The notes under the pieces were generated by a model that saw only the letters and a program-made list of their open reading frames with translations, was not told the origin of the DNA and did no database searches. The translations under genes and the position numbers were made by a program. Shown piece after piece: positions 8,875-19,260 of a DNA stretch of 64,000 bases; within the stretch, counting starts at the first letter, position 1; each line of letters opens with the position of its first letter. Source of the stretch: an uncultured Gemmatimonadales bacterium (GTDB taxonomy: Bacteria > Gemmatimonadota > Gemmatimonadetes > Gemmatimonadales > GWC2-71-9); NCBI GenBank assembly GCA_963748815.1, contig CAVVKJ010000010.1, positions 96,001 through 160,000 on the forward strand, read 5' to 3'.

Positions 8875-11808
8875 ATGATCGAATTGCGCACTCTTGGTGG
8901 CCTGGAGCTCCTCCAGCTTCGGGATGGCGTGGTCCGCGCCATCCCGTTGCAGACCAAGCGTTTGGCCCTCCTCGCCTATCTTTCCGCCCTGCCCCAGCGA
9001 GCGGGTTTTGTCGGCGCGATTCCCTGCTCGCCCTCTTCTGGCCCGAACTCGATCAGGATCACGCCCGGGGCGCGCTCCGGCAGGCCCTTCACTTTTTGCG
9101 AAAGACCGTCGGCGAGCGCGCGATCATCAATCGCGGGGAGGAGGAGGTCGGCCTTGATCGGAGTGCACTCGGCTCCGATGCCCGTGCGCTCGAGGCGGCG
9201 CTGGATGCGGGGGAGGCCGAGGCGGCCCTGGTGTGGTATCGAGGCGACTTCCTGAACGGCGTGTTCGTCGCCGATGCCTCCCCGGACCTCGAAGACTGGG
9301 TCGCCGGCGAGCGGGTCCGCCTGCGGCGCCTCGCAGCGAAGGCGGCCTGGATGGCGGCGGAGCGCCCGACGGGGCAGGGCCACACCGGGAGTCTGGTGCG
9401 CCGGGCCGTCCTGCTCAGCGGGGACGACGAGCGCGCGCTTCGCCGCGGTTTGGCGATGCTCGACCGGATGGGCGACCACGCCGGGGCCACGGCCCTCTAC
9501 GAGGACTTTGCCGGTCGGGTCGCGCGTGAGTCTGGAGGTCGGGCTCTCTTCGGAAACCCAGGCCGTGATCGAGCGGGTCCGCGCGCGTCGGGCTACCCCC
9601 GCTCCGCCCGGGGCCGAACGCGCCATCACGCCCGGGGCTGCCGCACCGGAGCCGGTCAGCCCCTCCACCGCGGCGCTCCCCCAGGCTCCCCCGCCGCCGA
9701 TCCGCCGGCACGGGAGGCGGTTGCTGCTTGCGGGCGCGGCAGGCGCCCTCCTCACGTTCGCGTTCGCCGCGTATCTCGGGACGGGGCGTGCGGCGGTGCC
9801 GTCTCCGTCGGTCGAACTGATTGCGGTCATGCCTTTCCGGGTGGCCGAGGCGGATTCGTCGCTCGCCTGGCTCCACGAGGGCATCGTGGAGTTGCTCACC
9901 ATTCGGCTGGCCGGCGACGGGGGGCCACCGCTCGCGGATCCGTCTCGCGTGCTGGCGGAATGGAATCGTCAGGGGATGGCGGGGCGGCTCGATGCGCCGG
10001 AGGAGGCGGTCAAAGCCGTTGCCGACCGCGTGGGTGCCGGGCGCATTGTCCGGGGGAGCGTCACCGGCACGTCTCGACGCATTACGCTCACGGGCCGGCT
10101 CTCGACCGAGATGGACGGCGAGTCCGCGTCACACGCCTCAGTCGAAGGGAATCCGGACAGCCTGCCCCAGCTGATCGACCAGCTCGCGGCGCAACTCCTC
10201 GGCCTGAGCGCCGGCCTGGAACACGCCCAGCTGGCGTCGCTCACCAGCGAATCACTGCCGGCGATTCGGGCCTACCTCAAGGGACAATCCGCCTTCCGGT
10301 CCGGGAGGATGGATCTGGCGGTGCAGTGGTTCCGCGAAGCGACGATGCTGGATTCGACCTTCGCCCTCGCAGGACTGCAACTTGCAAGAGCTTCCATATG
10401 GACCAGCACGGGCGGCGATGCGGAGCGCGGGTTTCGCATCGCGACGGCAGGCCGGGACAGGCTGAGCCACACGGATCAGGTCCTGCTCGACGTCAGCACA
10501 GCACCCGACATCGGGTCGTCGAAATTGTTCGCTGATTGGAACGCCGCGGTCACGGCGCTCCCCAACCGACCCGAGGTGTGGTACACGCTGGGTGATACCC
10601 ACTACCACTGGGGACGGCTTGCGGGAGAGGAGGACGCTTTCGAGCGTGCAGCTGTGGCGTTCCGGCGGGGGTGGATGCTCGATTCCGTTGCGGGTACCGC
10701 TGCCGCTGGCGGGCCGCCAATCGCGGAGCCGACCGAGCACATCGTCGCGCTGGCCCATCTGGCCCACGACACGGCCGAGGTGATCCGCCTCGCGACGGCC
10801 GTGATCCGGGTCGATTCCACGGGGATTCCTGCACGCACGCTCATGTGGCACCGGGCTTCGGTGACGAACGACTCGGCGCGGCGGGCCTACTGGGCTGGAA
10901 TCGCCGCAGTGGAAGATGATGTCTTGAAGAACATCGTCCTGTTCATTGTCTGGAGCGGAGTGGGAACCGAGGACCTGGCCCCGGCGACGGCGGAGGACCA
11001 GCGGCGCCTCCGAGCCCACGACCCCGGATGGGCGACGTTCGCCCTCACGGCCTACGCCCTCAACGGCGGGCGGCCGGGGGACGTGCCGCCGGTAGGGCCG
11101 GCGCCCGGGCTTGCCGGGCATCGGGAGCTTCGCGGCCGCATTCGCCGGGCTCTCTCGTGGGACGGGGACACCGCCGAAGCGATCGCCGCTGCACGCATGC
11201 TGCGGCCTCTTGCGGAGGCCGCTCCCGCCACCGGTGACAGCGCGCTGCCGCAGGTCTACGACATGTGCACGCTCGGGGAGTGGCGCGCCGCACGGGGCGA
11301 CTTCCAGTATGCCGCAGCGGCAAGTCGCAGGCTCCGCGGCGCGCGGCCCGCCGGGCTAAGTCCCGAGGAGGCCGCCGCCCTTGCCAGGTACAGCAGTCTC
11401 TGCGCTGCGCTGCTCGACGCCATGTATGCCTCCGGGCAGCGCCAGCCCGGCGCGCGGGAGAAAGTGGCGGCGGCAGACTCGGTTGCGCGGGAATTCATCT
11501 TCGAGGTGTGCTGTGGCGAATCGGTGACCGACGTGAATGTGCAACTGGCCAGGCTCTGGGAGCGGGAGGGCGACATTCCAAGGGCGTTGGCGGCCGCGCG
11601 ACGGCGCACCGGTGGCTTCGGGATCGCGCCGTATTACATGTCGACCTACCTCAGGGAAGAAGGGCGGCTTGCGCTGGCACTGGGAGACACCACGGGTGCC
11701 GTGACGGCGTACCGCCACTACCTCGCGCTGCGGCCGAACCCCGAGCCGGCACTCAAGCCCGGCGTGGAGCTCATCCGACGAGCGCTCGCCGACCTCGAAT
11801 CGCGCTAG
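8875..11808 (+). CDS. SARP/BTAD-type DNA-binding regulator with TM helix and periplasmic TolB_N/TPR region (frameshifts ~9000 and ~9528)
   Basis: MIELRTLGGLEL, RRDSLLALFWPE, LRQALHFLRK, YRGDFL, IAVMPFRV, SLPAIRAYLKG, DSTFALA across three frames. Confidence 0.8.
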
Positions 11809-11823
11809 TACGGCGAGCGAACG

Positions 11824-13104
11824 CTACGGCGCCCGGTAACTCGGCGGCAGCGTGAGATAGCGCCGGGTGAGCATGTCCTGCCGCGAGGGCGCCGTGTGTT
11901 CGACACCCCGCACGTAGACATGCTCGGCCCGGGTGGCGAACTCGAACGGATCGCCGCTCCACACCACCACATTCCCCTCCAGGCCCGGCTGCAACGCGCC
12001 GACCTTGTCGGACACCCCGAAGGCTACCGCCGGCTTCAGGGTGATAGCAGCCAGCGCATCGTCCCAGGTCATGCCGTACCCCACGGCGTTCCCGGCTTCA
12101 AAACGAATATTGCGGACGTTGAAGCCCTCCTCCCCGCCACCGGCATTCCCGATGAGGATCACGTCGACCCCGGCCCTGTTCAGGATCGCCGCGTTGTCCT
12201 GCCGACTGCCGAGTTGGGTGAAGCTGCGCGGGACGTTGTCCATGGCGCCTGTCATGACCGGCACGCCGGCGGCGGCGATCTTCCCCGCCACCATCCACGC
12301 CTCGTCCGCGCCGTAGAGGACCAGCTGGAGGTGGTAGAGGCGTGCGAGGTCGAGCGCCGCCTCGATGCTGGCGGCCTGATTCACGGCCAGGACCAGCGGC
12401 AGCTGTCCGGTGACGACCGGAATCATCGCCTCCATGTCGACCCGCCGGAAGGCGAACGGCCGCATCTTCGCCGCGTCGTAGGCCTTCTTGTTCGCCATGT
12501 AGGCTTTCGTGTCGTCCAGCAGTTCCACCAGCTTGCCGATGAGCTCACCCCGGGCACCGACGCCGGCGCTCCGGTTCCCCTCCAGCTGGCCGAACATGCC
12601 GATCGGCCCCCGCACCAGCACATCCGCCAGCGATCCCGCCCCGAGATCGATGGCCGCGCCCTGTCCCGCGATCAGGTTGCCATTGGGCCAGACGACCACG
12701 GATGTGACGCCGTGCTCGCGGTTGTCAGGGATGAGCACGCTCTGCGGGTTGTAGGCCAGCCAGGGCTGGAACGAGGCGGAGACTTCATCGAACCCGTCCG
12801 CGCTCGTCTCGTTGGCGTTGGCGCCGCTGCCCACCTCCGTGAGGCCGAGCTCCGAACTCGCGTTCACCAGGCCCGGCGTCACCCACTTGCCGGTGGCATC
12901 GATGACCGTGGCCCCGGCAGGCACGGCGACGGACGCGCCGACTGCGGTGATGGTGCCGTTCACGATCACCACCGTGCCGCCGGGAATCCTGGGGCCGCTC
13001 ACGGGGTAGACCGTGCCGCCGGTGATGGCGATGGTCTGCGCCTCGGCGATGGGGGCGGACAGGCCAAGTGCCAGGGCGATGATCCCGAGTCGAGTGACGC
13101 GCAT
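11824..13104 (-). CDS. Secreted amidohydrolase-family protein with degenerate metal site
   Basis: IDATGKWVTPGLVNASSELG, ALAAIT.KPA, VGALQPG, VVVWSGDPF. Confidence 0.85.
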   Translation of the reverse strand: MRVTRLGIIALALGLSAPIAEAQTIAITGGTVYPVSGPRIPGGTVVIVNGTITAVGASVAVPAGATVIDATGKWVTPGLVNASSELGLTEVGSGANANETSADGFDEVSASFQPWLAYNPQSVLIPDNREHGVTSVVVWPNGNLIAGQGAAIDLGAGSLADVLVRGPIGMFGQLEGNRSAGVGARGELIGKLVELLDDTKAYMANKKAYDAAKMRPFAFRRVDMEAMIPVVTGQLPLVLAVNQAASIEAALDLARLYHLQLVLYGADEAWMVAGKIAAAGVPVMTGAMDNVPRSFTQLGSRQDNAAILNRAGVDVILIGNAGGGEEGFNVRNIRFEAGNAVGYGMTWDDALAAITLKPAVAFGVSDKVGALQPGLEGNVVVWSGDPFEFATRAEHVYVRGVEHTAPSRQDMLTRRYLTLPPSYRAP

Positions 13105-14536
13105 CAGTTGGTCCCTCCCGTCGACGTCACGTAGCCGAGCTCGAAATCGGTCCGCCACCGCGCGCCCGGGTCGGTGCGATCGTAGAGCATCGCCCCATCG
13201 ACCCAGACCTTGTCGGCGTGGGTGTAGATGCTGAAGGGGTTGCCCGACCAGAGCACCACGTCGGCGTTCTTGCCGACCTCGATCGACCCGATCCGATCCT
13301 CGAGGCCCAGCGCCCAGGCGGATTGATGGTCATCCACTCCACCGCGTGGTCCTCGGAGATGTCGAGGCCGGCGGCCCGCCCTGCGGCGAGCGCCTTGGCC
13401 GTCTCCTGGTTGAGCCGCTGCGCGAAGGACTCGTCGTCGGAGTGGGTGATGGCCCGCGCGCCGGCGTGGTCCACCAGGGCGATGTTGGCCGGGATCCCGT
13501 CGAGGGCCTCCATCTTGAATCCGCCCCAGTCGGCCCAGAGCGACCCGGCGATGCCTTCCGCGGCGAGCACGTCGGCGATCTTGTACGCCTCGACGCCGTG
13601 GTGGAAGGAGCGAATCGAATAGCCGAATTCCTTCGCGATGTCGATCATCTGCATCATCTCGTCGGCGCGGTAGCAGTGGTTCTGCACCAGGATGTTGCCG
13701 CGCAGCACCTCGGCGAGCGTCTCGAGGGCAAGGTCCCGCTTGGGCGGAGAATTGGTCTTGGGGGCCGCCCAGTACTCATCCCACGAGCGCCGGTAGGCCT
13801 CGGCGTCAATCCATGCCTGCCGATACCCGGCGACGTTGCCCATCCGCGTCTGCGGGCCGCCCTTGTCGCCATAGACCCGCTTCGGGTTCTCACCACAGGC
13901 CATCTTCAGCCCGTACTTGGCGCCGGGGAACTTCATCCCCTGCACGCTGCGCGATGGCACCACCTTGAGCGTGACCCCTCGACCGCCGAAGAGGTTGGCC
14001 GAGCCGGGGAGCACCTGGAGGGTGGTGACGCCACCGGCCAGCACGCGAGGGAACTGCGGGTCCTGGGGCCAGACCGAGTGCTCCGCCCAGACGTACGCGG
14101 TGTTCGGCTTGACCGCCTCGTTGCCGTCGCTGTGGGACTCCACGCCCGGGGCGGAATAGACGCCGAGGTGGGAGTGAGTGTCGATGATGCCGGGGGTGAC
14201 GAACTTGCCGGTGCCGTCGACGACCACGGCATCCGCGGGCACCGCCACCTGGGTGCCCACCGCGGCGATCTTTCCGTCCTTGAGCAGCACCGATCCGCCG
14301 ACGATCCGCGGGCCGGCGGCCGTAAGGATCGTGACGTTGGTGATCAGCGTCGGTCGGGAGGGAAACGGCCGGTAGGTGCTCGGAAAGGGATCGGCGTTCG
14401 GGAGTGCCACGCCGCCTTGACCCGGGGGGCTCTTCGGCATGCTGTCGCGCCGAGCGGAGTCGGGCTTGGCACGCTGGGCAGAGAGAGGACCCGCGAAGGC
14501 AATGCCGAGGGCGACAATGAGGGCTAGACGACGCAT
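13104..14536 (-). CDS. Secreted amidohydrolase (frameshift ~13320)
   Basis: TPGIIDTHSHLG, KMACGENPKR, HCYRADE, HSDD; C-terminal GSIEVGKNADVVLWSGNPFS in a second frame. Confidence 0.88.
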
Positions 14537-14570
14537 GGTGTGGTCGACCTCTGGCCTGGTGAAGACAAGC

Positions 14571-14597
14571 GGGGGAGCGCCCACAGGACGCCCCCCC
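14571..14597 (-). terminator. GC hairpin after the cytochrome c gene, possible terminator
   Basis: Minus strand GGGGGGCGTCC-TGT-GGGCGCTCCCCC followed by GCTTGTCTT. Confidence 0.5.
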
Positions 14598-14632
14598 AAC
14601 CTATGCCGGCCAAGCCGAATCGGCCACCAGTC

Positions 14633-15130
14633 CTATTTCAGCTTGGCGGCCTGCAGTTCGGCCCAGGTCCAGGGGGCGGTGCGGCCCGCGGTGGCCGATC
14701 GGACCGCCGCCACCTCGGCGGCAGTCACCGCGGAGGCTGCGTTGCCCCACGAGGCCCGAACGTACGTGAGCGTTGCGGCGATGTCGTCGTCACTGAACTG
14801 ACCCCAGGCCGCCATCACCCCGTTGTAGGTGGCCCCGTGCACGGTCAGCGGACCCTGCAGCCCGTGCAGGACGATGGCAATCGGCACCTCCGCCGGGCCG
14901 GTGGCGATCTCCGAACCGGCCAGCGGCGGGAAGGCATTGGGCACGCCCTGGCCTTCCGCCTGATGGCAGGTCTGACAGACGGCGTACTGCCCCTGCGGCA
15001 TGGCCGCGGGAGTGGCGGGGGCGGCGGAGGCCGCCTCGGCCGGGGGGGCTGCTTCCTGCTTCTCGCCGCCGCAGGCCGCGAGGACGAGGGCGAGCGCGCC
15101 CAAAGTGGTGGTCCTGCCCAGGGAGGTCAT
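14633..15130 (-). CDS. Monoheme cytochrome c lipoprotein
   Basis: LAAC lipobox, CQTCH, GQGVPNAFPPLAGS, YNGVM, YVRASWGN. Confidence 0.9.
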   Translation of the reverse strand: MTSLGRTTTLGALALVLAACGGEKQEAAPPAEAASAAPATPAAMPQGQYAVCQTCHQAEGQGVPNAFPPLAGSEIATGPAEVPIAIVLHGLQGPLTVHGATYNGVMAAWGQFSDDDIAATLTYVRASWGNAASAVTAAEVAAVRSATAGRTAPWTWAELQAAKLK

Positions 15131-15171
15131 CGTGGCTGTTCCTTTGCGCTGATTGGGGGTCGAGAGACTCA

Positions 15172-16330
15172 TCAGGGGTTGGCCGGCGAGCCCTTCGGCC
15201 AGGGGTTGGAGAACGCCGGGTTGGTGATGAATGTAGAGTCGGTGAGGCTCCGGAGGAATGCCAGCACATCCGCCCGCTCAGACGGACTCAGGTCAAACCC
15301 GACGAGGAAGCCGCTCTTGTACGGGTTGGCGCTGCCGACACCGGCGTGCGGGCCGCTGGCAATGGTCCGCCCACCCGCCATGTAATGGTCCAGGACCTCA
15401 TCAAGCGTCGCGATGCTGCCGTCGTGCATGTACGGGGCGGTCAATGCGATGTTCCGGAGTGACGGCGCCTTGAACCGACCCATGTCCTGCGGAAGCCCGG
15501 TGAACTCAATCAGTCCGACGTTGGGCGCCGGGTATCCGCCGAGCCCGTCGATGTTGTACAGGGCGTTGTTGTGGAACTCCTTCTCCGCGAAGCCTTTCCC
15601 CTCGTAATCCGTCGAGCCGGTGAAGTTGAACCCGCCATGGCAATGGAAGCACTCCAGCCGTTCGCTGAAGAACAGCTCGCTCCCGCGCTTCGAGGCGGCC
15701 GAGATGGCGAGCGGTTTCCCCTGGCGCGCGAACCGGTCGTATGGGCGAATCCCCCGAGATGAGGGTGCGCTGGAAGGCGCCCAGCGCGCGCGTGATGGTG
15801 GCGACCGAAATGGACGCCGTGTCGCCGAAGGCGGCGGGGAAGAGGCGCTGGTAGAGCGTGTCGGCCCCGAGCCGGTTGAAGAGCGCCGTTTCCTGGCCGG
15901 AGAGGCCGAGCTCGATGGGCGACTCGCCGAACATCGGCGTGAGGGCCTGGTGCTCCAGCGCCGTTTCGTTCGGATTCGCCCAGGTCAGGACCGAGGCGTA
16001 CCCGGCGTTGGTCAGCCCCATGCTATTGCGGGGGTGGACCATCCCCGTGGCCCCGATCCCGGTGAGATTGGAGTCCGCGAACGCCCGCCGCTGCTCGTGG
16101 CAGGACGCGCACGAGAAGGTGCCGGTGACGGACATCCGGGCGTCGTAGAACAGCCTCCGGCCAAGCTCCACCTTCTCCACCGACATCGGGTTGTCCGCCG
16201 GGACCCTCGGCTGCGGGAACCCCGCGGGGAGGTTCCACTGGAACCCCGTCACGCCCGGCGCCGTGGGACCGTCCTCCGCGCAGGCGAGGAGGACGGCCGC
16301 GGCGGCCAGGAGGAGCAGCCGCTTGGTCAC
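15172..16330 (-). CDS. mbnH: MbnH-type di-heme enzyme (bCcP/MauG superfamily), frameshift ~15745
   Basis: [54 protein letters not shown]; directly follows mbnP. Confidence 0.85.
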
Positions 16331-17187
16331 GGGGCGCTGCTGCGGAAGAGGGCCTGCGTCGCCAACGGCGAGCCGTCGACAGTGGAGACGCCGAGCGCCG
16401 GCAGGATGGCGCCGCACTCCGGATCGGTCGTGCCTGACATGCAGCCCGGCGCGGCAGTGTTCACGTCCACGTTCGAGGAGGCGTACAACTCGCCGACGTC
16501 CGCGATGACGACGTCATTGGCGACGTCGAACACCGGCAGGGAGATCTCGGCCATGTTCAGGTTGGTGCAGGCGGTCGGCGGGTCGGTCGGCGAGGCGCCG
16601 TTGCAACCGGTGCTTCCGAGGTGGACATACCAGCCGGTGGGCTGGCCGGTCGTGCCGACATCCAGCCGGAGGAACTTGTAGCCGCCGTTCCAGCTCCAGA
16701 ACATCTCGGTCAGGTCCAGCGGCGAGGCTGCGGTGGTCGGGTCGGAGTGGTTGAGCGCGAAGGGAACGCCGAGCGTGAACTTCAGGCCGGTGTAGCTCCC
16801 CTTCGCGACCTTGCCGGTGACGACGGTCCGCGTGGCCGCGGTCCCGTTGGCGCATCCCGGAGGACCGTCCTCGAAGTCCACCAGCGCGACGCCCTTCGAC
16901 TGCCACGGCGCCACGCTGTCGAGGGTCACGGCGACTTCATCGCCGTTGGCCTGCACGAGGCGGACGTTCGTCACGTACATGCGGAAATCGGTCGGCGAGA
17001 TGGTCGAGCCGGTCGTGCCGATGTTGGCGTACGACTGGCCGCAGGCGAAGGCGACGCCGTTCACCTCGGCGGCGAACTCGACCGAGACGGCGTCAGTCTG
17101 GTTCGGGTCGGTGGCGTCGTCACTGCAGGCGCCGAGCAGCAGGGCACCGGCGCAGGTGAAGACGGCGGTGCGAATGAGATGCGACAT
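16327..17187 (-). CDS. mbnP: MbnP-family copper-binding lipoprotein (four-Cys 'metallo-mystery pair')
   Basis: FACG, DFRMYV, WQ...ALVDFEDG..C, FTLGVPF.LNH, MFWSWNGGYKF (WxW), HLGSTGC, GCMS....PEC. Confidence 0.88.
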   Translation of the reverse strand: MSHLIRTAVFTCAGALLLGACSDDATDPNQTDAVSVEFAAEVNGVAFACGQSYANIGTTGSTISPTDFRMYVTNVRLVQANGDEVAVTLDSVAPWQSKGVALVDFEDGPPGCANGTAATRTVVTGKVAKGSYTGLKFTLGVPFALNHSDPTTAASPLDLTEMFWSWNGGYKFLRLDVGTTGQPTGWYVHLGSTGCNGASPTDPPTACTNLNMAEISLPVFDVANDVVIADVGELYASSNVDVNTAAPGCMSGTTDPECGAILPALGVSTVDGSPLATQALFRSSAP

Positions 17188-17314
17188 TGGCGTAGCTCCG
17201 GGCAAGGCATGGGACATCGGCCGACCGGGGCGCGCACGCCGGTCAGGCGAGGCGTCCGGTCACGGGGACCGACGACGAATTGTCAGCGGGAGAGTCCGGT
17301 CGGGTGACCGGTGC

Positions 17315-17695
17315 TCAGGCCTGAGCGGGGGGAGGCTGTGCCAGGTGAAGGGAGAAGTCCGGACGGAGGTAGGGACGAACCTCGACTTCGGGAAGGCTGG
17401 TGACGCCCAGCGCCACCACCACGGGGACCACCTGCACGGTGGTGGTGGGGAGACTTGGGGCCGCGGCCGAACAGGACATGCCCACACACTGGCAGTCGCC
17501 GGGGCCTGGTGCCGGGACTGGTTCGTCCGCCGGGGCGTGCGAATGGTGGCTCGCCATTGCTGCCATCGGTGGCGCGCCCTGCGTCGTGTCCATTCCGCAG
17601 CCGTGGAAACGCCCGGGCGCAGCCGAGCCCGCCGTGAAGGTCACGGCGAGGAGGAGGCTGAGCATCCATTTGGACGGGCGAGGGCGCAAGGGCAC
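17315..17695 (-). CDS. DUF2946/CruR-like small Cys/His/Met-rich leader protein
   Basis: Hydrophobic N-terminus, HGC, M/H-rich linker, DCQCVGMSC, C-terminal AQPPP; sits upstream of mbnP. Confidence 0.6.
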   Translation of the reverse strand: MPLRPRPSKWMLSLLLAVTFTAGSAAPGRFHGCGMDTTQGAPPMAAMASHHSHAPADEPVPAPGPGDCQCVGMSCSAAAPSLPTTTVQVVPVVVALGVTSLPEVEVRPYLRPDFSLHLAQPPPAQA

Positions 17696-17757
17696 TCCGA
17701 AGCAGGTTGAGGCCTATCCCCCGAAATATTGTGAGGATCGACCTGCATGGCAACCTG

Positions 17758-18519
17758 TCACGGCGCGCGTCCGATCTCCTTCAGCCTCGCGCGCGCTTCA
17801 TCATTGGCGGGATCGAGCGCGATCGCCTGTCGATAGGCGGCGGCCGCCGCCGTCGTGTCGCCGCGCATCACCTGCACATTCCCCCGGAAGACATACATCC
17901 CCGACGAGCGGGGGTACATCTGCTCGTTCAGGTCGAGGAGCGCGAGGGCAGCGCTGTACTGCGTTTCCCGCGCGACCCGAAACGCGGCAATGTTGAGGCT
18001 TCGCTCTCCGAAATCGTAGGCGTCCGCCCCGTAGTACTCATCCCGCAGGCGGGTGTACACCCGGGTCCCGGAGTCGGCCCCGCCGGCCAGGGTGGCGTCG
18101 ATGATGATTGTGCTGAGAGGAATCGGCTTTTCCACCCCACGGTGACAGGTGCGACAGGTCACCTCCACGTGAGGCGCATCGTGCCCCCGTGCGTGGTCGT
18201 GCGGGAGGGTGTCGAGCCGGCGGTTGACCTCCTCCACCATCAGCATCATCTGGCGCGCAGTGCGCTTGGTCGGCTTCTCGTCGCTCGCGAAATCGAAGGT
18301 GGAGAGCGGCTGGCCTTCCTGCCCGACATGGCAGAACGGGCACCGGACGCCGAGCGCGAACGTGATGTTGCGCATCTGCCCGACGACCTGCATGACCGGC
18401 GTGTTCCTGGGGATGACCGTGGTATTGACGAGGGAGTCGGGGGGCCAGTGGCCGGTGGCCTGGGCGGCGAGCAGGGAGGGGCAGGCGATCAGCAGGGCAA
18501 GCGCGGCGGCGCGTGGCAT
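17758..18519 (-). CDS. Di-heme c-type cytochrome (reaction-centre cytochrome-like fragment) fused to TPR repeats
   Basis: M..ITFALGVRCPFCH, FASDEKPTK.TAR.M, VTCRTCHRG; C-terminal TPR (YRQAIALDP). Confidence 0.8.
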   Translation of the reverse strand: MPRAAALALLIACPSLLAAQATGHWPPDSLVNTTVIPRNTPVMQVVGQMRNITFALGVRCPFCHVGQEGQPLSTFDFASDEKPTKRTARQMMLMVEEVNRRLDTLPHDHARGHDAPHVEVTCRTCHRGVEKPIPLSTIIIDATLAGGADSGTRVYTRLRDEYYGADAYDFGERSLNIAAFRVARETQYSAALALLDLNEQMYPRSSGMYVFRGNVQVMRGDTTAAAAAYRQAIALDPANDEARARLKEIGRAP

Positions 18520-18570
18520 GGGGTCCTCAAGGTGGTTGGGGGAACACCTTGGTCCCGTACGGGCGGGGTT

Positions 18571-18608
18571 GCGCCGGGTTTCGCCGACCAAAGCGGGGAA
18601 CCCGGCGC
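18571..18608 (-). terminator. Hairpin immediately after the OMP stop codon
   Basis: GCGCCGGGTTTCGCCG ... CGGGGAACCCGGCGC inverted repeat; no clear U tract. Confidence 0.4.
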
Positions 18609-18615
18609 GTCTCGC

Positions 18616-19176
18616 TCAGAACCAGGTGAAGCCAAGGCCGAACTGGAAGAGGTGGACGTTGGCGTCTACGCCGAGATCCATCCCGGCGTAGGAATAGGAG
18701 CCGCCGAACTGGTTCAAGTAGTTGATGTATGGAGTCAGGGCGAAGTTCCGTGCCAGCCGGAAATCGTATCCCGCGCCGATCGAGCCGGCAAACCCGCCGG
18801 TGGAGAGGTCGGAGTCGACCGAAGCGTAGGAGTATCCGAGACCGCCCTTGAGATACAGCCCGTTCTCAACCATGGGGTACCACTGTACGACCCCCATGAT
18901 GGCGCCGAGGGATGGCGCGTTGTAATAGTCGGAGTTGCTGCCGACCCAGCCATTGCTCTCCGCCGCCAGGAAGACCGACGGGTTGAGGTAGCCGCCCAGC
19001 CTCAGGTAGCCGGAGAGTTCGGTGCTGGCCAGCTCGTCGCAGTCATTGCAGAAGCCGGCGCTCCCGGCGCCGAGGCCGAGGCTGATCCCGAACCCCTCCC
19101 TGGTCTGGGGGTGCTGGGCAACGGCGAGGGCGGGCGTGAGGAGGGTGAGGCAGAGGATGCAGAGCATGCGGTTCAT
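18616..19176 (-). CDS. Small outer-membrane beta-barrel protein
   Basis: Signal peptide, amphipathic strands (GAGYDFR), terminal FTWF; one CxxC. Confidence 0.8.
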   Translation of the reverse strand: MNRMLCILCLTLLTPALAVAQHPQTREGFGISLGLGAGSAGFCNDCDELASTELSGYLRLGGYLNPSVFLAAESNGWVGSNSDYYNAPSLGAIMGVVQWYPMVENGLYLKGGLGYSYASVDSDLSTGGFAGSIGAGYDFRLARNFALTPYINYLNQFGGSYSYAGMDLGVDANVHLFQFGLGFTWF

Positions 19177-19240
19177 GGGGCGCCTCCGGGGAGTGGTGGA
19201 GACGGCGGGTTGCCGTCTTGAGCAACACTCCCCAGGGCCA

Positions 19241-19260
19241 GTCAAGCGCGCGTCAAGCGC
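19241..19260 (-). promoter_or_regulatory. GCGCTTGAC direct repeat with 11-bp period
   Basis: GTCAAGCGC at 19241 and 19252 (+ strand), ~65 bp upstream of the OMP start. Confidence 0.45.

Noticed and set aside
15172..17695. Methanobactin biosynthetic cluster, with the small Cys-rich ORF as MbnA precursor
   Set aside because: No mbnB/mbnC in the window; the ORF is too long, has a signal-like N-terminus and fits a DUF2946-like leader better
17758..18519. Photosynthetic reaction-centre cytochrome PufC
   Set aside because: Only two heme motifs, fused to TPR, and no puf/bch genes nearby
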